DNA of 13,035 nucleotides from Anaerolineae bacterium (lineage in GTDB: Bacteria; Chloroflexota; Anaerolineae; S140-20): contig JALUTT010000051.1 in assembly GCA_027021705.1 (NCBI GenBank), positions 1 through 13,035 on the forward strand, given 5' to 3'. This document shows, one piece after another, positions 1 to 6,163 of this stretch. A program made the position numbers and the translations under genes. A model generated the notes under the pieces. The model made no database searches. It was not told where the DNA came from and was given only the letters and a program-made list of their open reading frames with translations. The number at the start of each line of letters is the position of its first letter. The stretch's first letter is position 1.

Positions 1-148
1 CTCAAGTCCCGAAAAGTGGCCTGAAGGGGCCTTCTCGGCTCGGTTGTTGCGTTATGAAGGTGCTTCATCACCCCGGCCCGCAAACCGGGGATGGGGCCTT
101 ATTGTCTCTTGTTGTCAAAAGTCCAATGGGAACGGATTGAACGGATTT

Positions 149-525
149 GGAACGGATGGGGGGGTGGTGCTCCCAAGAGGGCTTGTCCAGACCTTCGCAC
201 CGCTTCGTGCTCTTTGAGCTCTTGGTGCCCTTCGTGTTTCCCGCCGTGGTCGGGGCGGACGAGCTGTCAACGAATTGGGGAACGGATAGCTGTCAACGGA
301 TTGGGAACGGATTGAACGGATTTGGAACCTCGTTGCCTCGCCGACTCGCTGACTCGCTGACTCGCTGACTCGCTGACTCGCTGACTCGCGTCAACGGATT
401 GGGAACGGATGGGGGGTTGGTGCTCCCAAGAGGGCTTGTCCAGACCTTCGCACCGCTTCGTGCTCTTTGAGCTCTTGGTGCCCTTCGTGTCTCCCGCTGT
501 GGCCGGAGCGGACGAGCTGTCAACG
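149..525. repeat. 124-bp direct repeat, two copies (149-272 and 402-525)
   Basis: GGAACGGATGGGGGG...TGCTCCCAAGAGGGCTTGTCCAGACCTTCGCACCGCTTCGTGCTCTTTGAGCTCTTGGTGCCCTTCGTG...GACGAGCTGTCAACG occurs twice at offset 253, with 5 mismatches by eye. Confidence 0.95.
343..390 (+). repeat. 8-bp tandem repeat (GACTCGCT)x5 + GACTCGCG
   Basis: Read directly; degenerate units (GCCTCGCC) precede it. Confidence 0.97.
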
Positions 526-560
526 GATTGGGAACGGATTGAACGGATGGGGGACGACGG

Positions 561-750
561 CTCAGTGTCTTCACTTCCCTCAGTGCGTCAGTGATTCCGG
601 GGGCTTTTGAACCAAGCGTGACCGGAGGCTGTTGGGGCAAAGATACAGGAGCGTTGCGCTTCTACCGCCTCCAACCCATTTTGGTCACACTCAATTCAAT
701 TGCGCCCCCTGTTGAATCACTGAGCAACTGAAAGAAATGAGCACACTGAG
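561..750. repeat. 37-bp imperfect inverted repeat (561-597 / 714-750) with 116-bp spacer
   Basis: Reverse complement of 561-597 is GAATCACTGACGCACTGAGGGAAGTGAAGACACTGAG; 714-750 is GAATCACTGAGCAACTGAAAGAAATGAGCACACTGAG. 29/37 positions match. Inner GGGGGC (599-604) and GCCCCC (704-709) can extend the stem. Confidence 0.85.
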
Positions 751-783
751 GGGTTGTGCGCCCCCGGACAAAACAAACAGAGC

Positions 784-789
784 AAGGAG
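784..789 (+). promoter_or_regulatory. Shine-Dalgarno AAGGAG for ATG 796
   Basis: AAGGAG lies 6 nt upstream of the in-frame ATG at 796. Confidence 0.75.
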
Positions 790-795
790 CAGCCA

Positions 796-2076
796 ATGGT
801 CCCACCGCCGCGCAGGGCCGAGACCCTGAAAGAAGCCTACGCCGTGCTGGACCCCGCCCGGCCCCTGGAGGGGGAGTGGCTGGACCGTTTCTACGCCGAG
901 CGCCCGCCGGAGGCCAGCCTGGATCCGCTGATTGACGAGTTGGCGGAGCTGGACCCCAGCGAGGCGGACAAGACCCTCTTCACCGGCCACCGGGGCAGCG
1001 GCAAGACGACGGAACTGGCCCGGCTGGAGCGGGCGCTTCAGGAGACCCACACCGTCGTCCGGCTCAACATCGAAGAACTCCTCAACCTGGGGGACGTCGA
1101 ATACACCGACCTGCTGGTCACCCTGGGGCTCCAAGTCTTCCGGGCCGCTCGGCGCAGCGGCATGGACCTGGGCGAGAGACGGCTCCAGGACCTGATCTTC
1201 TGGTACCGCACCCACATCCTGGAAGAGGACGAACAGCGACGCATCGAGAGCGAGGTGGGCGGAGAGCTGAGCGTCGCCGTTGCCAAGATCAGCGTCAAGC
1301 TGGCCACCGACGCCCCCCGTCGCGAGACCGCCCGCGCCGAGGCCCAGGCCCACCTCTCCGACCTGCTGGAACGGCTGAACGCCCTGCTGGAGAGGCTGCG
1401 CCGGACGACGGGCCGTCGCACGATGGTCATCGTGGATGGCCTGGACAAGCTGTACGACCTGAACCAGGTACGCGACCTCTTCTGCCAAGGGGCCAACGCG
1501 CTGCTGGAGCCCCAGTGCCGCATCGTCTACACCATTCCCCTGGCCCTCTACTACACCGATGACTTCCAGCAGGCGCGGATGGCCTTCCCCCGCACCTTCT
1601 CCCTGCCCAACATCAAGACGGAGGAGCGGGATGGGCGGCCCTGCCGGGAGGGGCGGGAAGCGCTGCGCCGCGTGCTGGAGAACCGCCTCCACCCCGACCT
1701 GGTGACACCGGAGGCGACCAAGCGGCTGATCACGCTGAGCGGGGGCCTGCTCAAGGAGTTGATCGCCCTGGCCCGCCAGGCGGTGCTCCGGGCCCGACGG
1801 CTGCGGGGTGACCGGGGTCCCGTCCAGGCCGACGACGTGGAGTACGCCGCCCGCCAAGTGCGCAACACCTACCGCGCCAGCCTGACGGAAGCCCAGTACC
1901 GGGAGCTGCAGCGCATCTACCGGGGGGAGCCCTTCGTCAACAGCCCGGTGAGCCGCTCCCTGCTGCACAACCTGAGCCTGCTGGAGTACGATGGCGGCGA
2001 CGCATGGTGGGCGATCCACCCCCTCGTGCGCCCGCTGGTGGAGGAGCGATCGGGTGGGATCCTTGAGCGTGCGTGA
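796..2076 (+). CDS. P-loop ATPase of AAA+/STAND-like type, about 426 aa, with no fused effector or repeat domain
   Basis: Walker A GHRGSGKTT (985), Walker B MVIVDGLDK, post-core SGGLLKEL helix, C-terminal LLHNLSLLEY...WWAIHPLV. Start moved from 754 to ATG 796 because of the RBS. Codon usage is GC3-rich. Confidence 0.9.
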   Translation: MVPPPRRAETLKEAYAVLDPARPLEGEWLDRFYAERPPEASLDPLIDELAELDPSEADKTLFTGHRGSGKTTELARLERALQETHTVVRLNIEELLNLGDVEYTDLLVTLGLQVFRAARRSGMDLGERRLQDLIFWYRTHILEEDEQRRIESEVGGELSVAVAKISVKLATDAPRRETARAEAQAHLSDLLERLNALLERLRRTTGRRTMVIVDGLDKLYDLNQVRDLFCQGANALLEPQCRIVYTIPLALYYTDDFQQARMAFPRTFSLPNIKTEERDGRPCREGREALRRVLENRLHPDLVTPEATKRLITLSGGLLKELIALARQAVLRARRLRGDRGPVQADDVEYAARQVRNTYRASLTEAQYRELQRIYRGEPFVNSPVSRSLLHNLSLLEYDGGDAWWAIHPLVRPLVEERSGGILERA

Positions 2077-3928
2077 ACCGACCTTCCTGGAGGAATTGGG
2101 CCTCGACCTGGCGCTGTTGAGCGATGCGCTGGACCTGCTAGAGGGCAGCGGCTTCCTCTTCGCCGTCTGCCGGGAGGGTGCGTTGCGCGATCGGCTGATG
2201 GACCAGGTGCGCGAGCACCTGGAGGCCGACGGTCGCCGCCTCGTCGTGGTCCCCTTCTCACCCCGGCAACCGGACCTGGCCGGCCAACTGGAGGCCCGGC
2301 TTCCCTCGGACGCCTCCTCGCCTCCGCCCGTCGTCTTCGTCCGGGTCGTGGGCCTGCCCGGCGACGACGAGGCGCGGGCCGCCCGGGCGTTGCGCACTCT
2401 CAACCTGCAGCGGGAGCGGCTGGCCCGGCTGGAACTGCCCATCGTCTTCTGGCTGGAGCAGAGCGCCCTGGGGCGGCTGATGGAGCACGCGGCCGACCTC
2501 TTCGCCGCCCGCAGCGGCATCTTCACCTTCGAGGCTCCCCGGCGCGAGGCGGCGGTCCCGTCGTCGGTGCAGACCAAAGTGGCCATCACCCTGCTGGACC
2601 GCTTCCACCGCTTCCTGCTTCCCCCTGACGAGCTGCGCCGGCGGGCTGCCCTCTACGAGCGGCGGCTGGAGCGGGAGCAGGCCGCCGAAGCGCCCAACTG
2701 GTCCCGCATCGCCCTCCTCTGCCGGGACCTGATCCACATCCATCGGGAGCTAGATGACCACGAGCGCGTCCAGGTCTTCCTGCTCCAGGAGATCGAAGCC
2801 TGGCGAGAGGCGTTGGCCGCCACCCGGCCGGAGGCGGCCCCTCTGGAGCACTCCCGGATCCAGCACAACCTGGGTCTTGCCTACCATAACCTAGCCCAAT
2901 TTCGTGACCGGGAGGCGAACTTAGAACGAGCTATCGCTGCCTACCAAGAAGCCCTCCGCTTCCGCACGCCCGACATCGCTCCCTTGGAATATGCAAGAAC
3001 CCACCACCGCCTAGGCACCGCCTACCGCCACCTGGCCCAGGTGCGGGAGCGAGAGGCCAACCTCCGGCGGGCTATCCAAGCCTACCGGGAAGCCCTCCGC
3101 TTCCACACCCCCGACACCGCCCCACTAGACTACGCAAGGACCCAGTACAGCTTGAGCATTGCCTATCGGAACCTGGCCTATGTCCGCGATCGAGAGGCGA
3201 ATCTGAAGCGAGCCATTACTGCCTGCCGAGAAGCCCTTCGCTTCCTGACGCCCGAGGCAGCCCCTCTGGAGTACGCCAGGGCCCGGCAAAACCTGGGTGC
3301 CGCCTACGCCGGCTTGGCTCAGGTCCGTGACCAAGAGACAAATCTGGAGCAGGCCATCTTTCTTTATGAAGAAGCTCTCCGGTTCCGCACGCCCGACATC
3401 GCTCCCCTGGAATATGCAAGAACTCGGCACCACCTAGGCACCGTCTATTGGCATCTGGCCCAGGTGCGGGAGCGGGAGGCGAACCTGGGGCGGGCCATCG
3501 AAGCCTTCCGGGAAGCCCTTCGCTTCCGCACGCCAGACCAGGCCCCGCTGGACTACGCGATGACCCAGTACAACCTGGGCCTCGCCTACGCCGACCTGGC
3601 CCAGGTGCGGGAGCGGGAGGCCAACCTCCGGCGGGCCATCGAAGCCTTCCGGGAAGCCCTCCGCTTCTGGACGCCGGACCAGGCCCCGCTGGACTACGCG
3701 ATGACCCAGTACAACCTGGGCCTCGCCTACGCCGACCTGGCCGAGGTACGGGATCAGGAGGCCAACCTCCGGCGGGCCATCCAAGCCTTCCAAGAGGCCC
3801 TCCGCTTCTGGACGCCGGAGACGGCCCCGCAGGACTATGCCGAGGCCAGGCGCCACCTGCTCCGGGTGAAAAGGGCACGGACCGCCCTCGTCCGCCAGCA
3901 GAACGAGGAGGAGTGCAACCCGACCTGA
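2054..3928 (+). CDS. Tetratricopeptide-repeat protein with an N-terminal alpha/beta domain (possible degenerate P-loop fold) and 7 full + 1 partial 47-aa TPR units
   Basis: Repeats of the form EALRFxTPxxAPL(E/D)YAxxxxxLGxAYxxLAQVRxREANLxRAIxAxx. N-terminal motifs GFLFAVC, VVFVRVVG, LNLQRERL, PIVFWL, AADLFAARSGIFTF. Start is uncertain: GTG 2054 (GAGGAG at 2041-2046), TTG 2063 or GTG 2069. All overlap the upstream stop at 2074-2076. Confidence 0.88.
   Translation: MGSLSVREPTFLEELGLDLALLSDALDLLEGSGFLFAVCREGALRDRLMDQVREHLEADGRRLVVVPFSPRQPDLAGQLEARLPSDASSPPPVVFVRVVGLPGDDEARAARALRTLNLQRERLARLELPIVFWLEQSALGRLMEHAADLFAARSGIFTFEAPRREAAVPSSVQTKVAITLLDRFHRFLLPPDELRRRAALYERRLEREQAAEAPNWSRIALLCRDLIHIHRELDDHERVQVFLLQEIEAWREALAATRPEAAPLEHSRIQHNLGLAYHNLAQFRDREANLERAIAAYQEALRFRTPDIAPLEYARTHHRLGTAYRHLAQVREREANLRRAIQAYREALRFHTPDTAPLDYARTQYSLSIAYRNLAYVRDREANLKRAITACREALRFLTPEAAPLEYARARQNLGAAYAGLAQVRDQETNLEQAIFLYEEALRFRTPDIAPLEYARTRHHLGTVYWHLAQVREREANLGRAIEAFREALRFRTPDQAPLDYAMTQYNLGLAYADLAQVREREANLRRAIEAFREALRFWTPDQAPLDYAMTQYNLGLAYADLAEVRDQEANLRRAIQAFQEALRFWTPETAPQDYAEARRHLLRVKRARTALVRQQNEEECNPT
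2807..3870 (+). repeat. Intragenic 141-bp tandem repeat array (TPR units)
   Basis: Unit starts at 2807, 2948, 3089, 3230, 3371, 3512, 3653 and 3794. 3536-3601 is identical to 3677-3742. Confidence 0.95.
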
Positions 3929-3960
3929 GCCACCCGGCCCGTCTCCCGGGCACCCTCCCA

Positions 3961-4068
3961 CTACGACGCTACCCGCTACGACGCTATCCGCTACGACGCT
4001 ATCCGCTACGACACTACGACGCTATGACGCTACAACGCTATGACGCCATGACACCATCCGCTATGACT
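3961..4068 (+). repeat. Degenerate 7/8-bp tandem repeat (CTACGACG / CTATCCG)
   Basis: ctacgacg ctacccg ctacgacg ctatccg ctacgacg ctatccg ctacgaca ctacgacg ctatgacg ctacaacg ctatgacg ccatgaca ccatccg ctatgact. Confidence 0.93.
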
Positions 4069-5067
4069 CCCCCCACCGTCGCCATCCTGACCACCGGCGG
4101 CACCATCGCTATGCGCCGGGACGATGAGGCCGGCGGGGCGGTCCCCCTCCTCCGGGCCGCCGACTTCGCCGCCGCCCTCCCCCCCGGCCTGGCGACGCCG
4201 GAGATGGACGAGATCGTCAACCTCCCCAGCTCCCACTTCACCGTGGAGACGCTGCTGGAGATCCGCCGCCACGTGCTGGCCGCCCTGGCCCGCCCCGAGG
4301 TGGCCGGCGTCGTCATCACCCACGGCACCGACGTGATGGAGGAGACCGCCTACCTGCTCGACCTGACGGTCCCCGGCGAGAAACCGATCCTCCTGACGGG
4401 AGCGATGCGCACCGCCTCCCAGTTGGGCTACGACGGCTATGCGAATCTGGCCGCCGCCGTCCGCGTCGCCGTCGAGCCGGCCGCCCGGGGGCTGGGCGCG
4501 GCCATCGTCTTCAACGACGAGGTCCACGCCGCCCGCTGGGTCACCAAAGGCCACACCCTCTCCACCGCCACCTTCATCTCCCCCGGCTGGGGCCCCATCG
4601 GGCGGGTGGAGGGGGATCGGGTGATCATCGCCCGCCGGCTCCCCCGCGCCCCCCTGGTGAGCGACCGGCTGGAGCCCCGCGTCGCCCTCATCAAGCTGGC
4701 CGTGGGGATGACGCCGGACTGCCTGGAGGACGCCGTCCGGCGGGGGGTGCGGGGCATCGTCCTGGAGGGGCTGGGCGGGGGGCGGATCCCCCCCTGGTGG
4801 CTGGAGCCGGTCCGGCGGGCCATCGAGCAGGGCGTGGCCGTCGTCTTGGCCTCCCGCTGCCCCGGTGGCCGGGTCTGGGACGCCTACGGCTACCCGGGAG
4901 CGGTGCGGGATTGGCTGGCGATGGGCTGTCTGCCGGCCGAAGGGCTCAACGGTCAGAAGGCCCGCATCAAGCTGATGGTCGTTCTGGGCGCGGCCCAATC
5001 CCTTGACGAAGTCGCCGCGTTATGGAAGAGTACCGGAGCGTGTTCTCCCGAAGGGGCCGGTTGCTGA
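4063..5067 (+). CDS. L-asparaginase (asparaginase/glutaminase family), cytoplasmic
   Basis: ILTTGGTIAM and VVITHGTDVMEETAY signature motifs, plus TGAMR, KGHT, GIVLEGLGGG and LNGQKARIKLM. No signal peptide. Start at ATG 4063 (alternatives 4024 and 4048); the 3448-4062 extension in the ORF track is a shadow frame. Confidence 0.93.
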   Translation: MTPPTVAILTTGGTIAMRRDDEAGGAVPLLRAADFAAALPPGLATPEMDEIVNLPSSHFTVETLLEIRRHVLAALARPEVAGVVITHGTDVMEETAYLLDLTVPGEKPILLTGAMRTASQLGYDGYANLAAAVRVAVEPAARGLGAAIVFNDEVHAARWVTKGHTLSTATFISPGWGPIGRVEGDRVIIARRLPRAPLVSDRLEPRVALIKLAVGMTPDCLEDAVRRGVRGIVLEGLGGGRIPPWWLEPVRRAIEQGVAVVLASRCPGGRVWDAYGYPGAVRDWLAMGCLPAEGLNGQKARIKLMVVLGAAQSLDEVAALWKSTGACSPEGAGC

Positions 5068-5099
5068 AGGCCGGGCTTCAAAGAGCAGGCTGGCTGCCT

Positions 5100-5441
5100 A
5101 TGCGACTCCCTAACGCTGACCTGGCATACGTCCCGCCCAGAAAACTGACGGATTACTTGCTATCAGAGACCCATGCGGTGGGGAAGGCAAAAGCCAAGTT
5201 CTTCCGTAAAATGGGGTTCAAGGCACAGCGCATTGAGGTGCTAAGGCGAGCTCTCCTTGAAATTGCCCAGACTGGAGAGGTCAAGGAAGTTATCGAGACA
5301 CCCTATGGCAAGAAATACATCGTGGATGGGGTGTTACACACACCTTCAGGCAGGCAAGCACGAATTCGAACGGTATGGATTGTAGAAACCGGGCAGGAGA
5401 GCCCCCGGTTTGTCACAGCCTATCCGTGGGAAGGGGGATAG
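5100..5441 (+). CDS. DUF6883-like protein (putative toxin-like domain)
   Basis: Recognised pattern MRLPNA...KLTDYLLS..H..GKAKAKFF..MGF...TPYGKKYIVDG.L.TPSGR...IRTVWI......PRFVTAYP. Start at ATG 5100. A/T-richer than the flanks. Confidence 0.8.
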   Translation: MRLPNADLAYVPPRKLTDYLLSETHAVGKAKAKFFRKMGFKAQRIEVLRRALLEIAQTGEVKEVIETPYGKKYIVDGVLHTPSGRQARIRTVWIVETGQESPRFVTAYPWEGG

Positions 5442-5444
5442 ACA

Positions 5445-5675
5445 ATGATCCGTGAATTGGATACTGTAGTGTTGGCGCGGGATTTGCCGGAGCATGGGCT
5501 CAAAGCAGGGGATGTAGGAGCAGTGATGTATGTCTATGGGAGAGGCGAGGCCTTTGAAGTGGAATTCGTAACCGGCGAAGGACAGACGATAGCCGTGGTG
5601 ACCCTCGAGCGCAAAGATGTCCGGCCAATGGGAAAGGAAGAGATCCTGCATGTGCGTGCCCTGGCACCAGCGTGA
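5445..5675 (+). CDS. DUF4926-like small SH3-fold protein
   Basis: MIRELDTVVLARDLPEHGLKAGDVGAV...AFEVEFVTGEGQTIAVVTL. Starts 3 nt after the upstream stop, with a purine-rich RBS (GGGGGA). Confidence 0.85.
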   Translation: MIRELDTVVLARDLPEHGLKAGDVGAVMYVYGRGEAFEVEFVTGEGQTIAVVTLERKDVRPMGKEEILHVRALAPA

Positions 5676-5713
5676 GTAGCCTCCACTGGAGGACCCCTGG
5701 AGGAGAGATTGTG

Positions 5714-6163
5714 ATGTTCCAACGGATCGTCGTCGCCATTGACGGTTCGGCGCACAGCCATCGGGCGCTGGAGTACGCCCGGAGCCTGGCGGAATGCATG
5801 GGCGCGAGCCTCTGGCTTGTCCACGCCTTCCCTTCCACCTCCGACCTCCTGGGGATGGAGGAGCACGCCCGGCTGGTCGCCCGGCGCATGGGCGCCGGTC
5901 AGGCCATCCTGGACGAAGCCCGGGCCAAGCTGGGCGAGACCGATCTGGAGGTGCACGAGGAACTGCTGGAAGGGCCGGCCGCCGAGGCCATCCTGCGGGT
6001 GGCCAAAGTGCGGAACGCCGATCTGATCGTGATGGGGACACGGGGGCTGGGCGCGCTGGGTGGCCTTCTCCTCGGCAGCGTGAGCAACAAGGTGATCCAG
6101 AAGTCCCCCTGTCCGGTGATGCTGGTTCGCGCCGATGGGGAAACCGGTGCCCCTCAATCCTGA
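5714..6163 (+). CDS. Universal stress protein (Usp family), nucleotide-binding type
   Basis: MFQRIVVAIDGS...ALEYA and ADLIVMGTRGLGALGGLLLGSVSNKVIQKSPCPVMLV with an intact G-2x-G-9x-GS motif. RBS GGAGGAG at 5699-5705. Confidence 0.95.
   Translation: MFQRIVVAIDGSAHSHRALEYARSLAECMGASLWLVHAFPSTSDLLGMEEHARLVARRMGAGQAILDEARAKLGETDLEVHEELLEGPAAEAILRVAKVRNADLIVMGTRGLGALGGLLLGSVSNKVIQKSPCPVMLVRADGETGAPQS

Larger units (their letters stand above)
131..548 (+). repeat. Clustered AACGGAT(T) short repeats
   Basis: AACGGAT at 131, 140, 151, 281, 295, 306, 315, 393, 404, 522, 533 and 542, plus the variant AACGAAT at 269. Spacing is 9-14 nt within clusters. Confidence 0.9.

Noticed and set aside
54..118. 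Two small hairpins (ATGAAG/CTTCAT 54-68; CCCCGG/CCGGGG 71-90) and a minus-strand TTGACA (113-118) as terminator, promoter or ncRNA
   Set aside because: No adjacent poly-U run, no properly spaced -10 box, and the context is cut by the window edge.
129..597. CRISPR array
   Set aside because: No constant 23-47-bp repeat separated by unique spacers of similar length, and no cas genes in the window.
91..640. Small ORFs at 91-315, 147-368, 409-594 and 293-640
   Set aside because: They are translations of the repeat patchwork, with no RBS or coding-like codon bias.
1991..2053. ATG 1991 as start of the TPR gene
   Set aside because: It implies an 86-nt overlap with the conserved ATPase C-terminus and lacks an RBS; starts at 2054-2069 fit better.
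3448..4062. N-terminal extension making a 539-aa asparaginase fusion
   Set aside because: It is an alternative frame of the TPR gene plus the translated tandem repeat. Asparaginase homology starts at about 4063.
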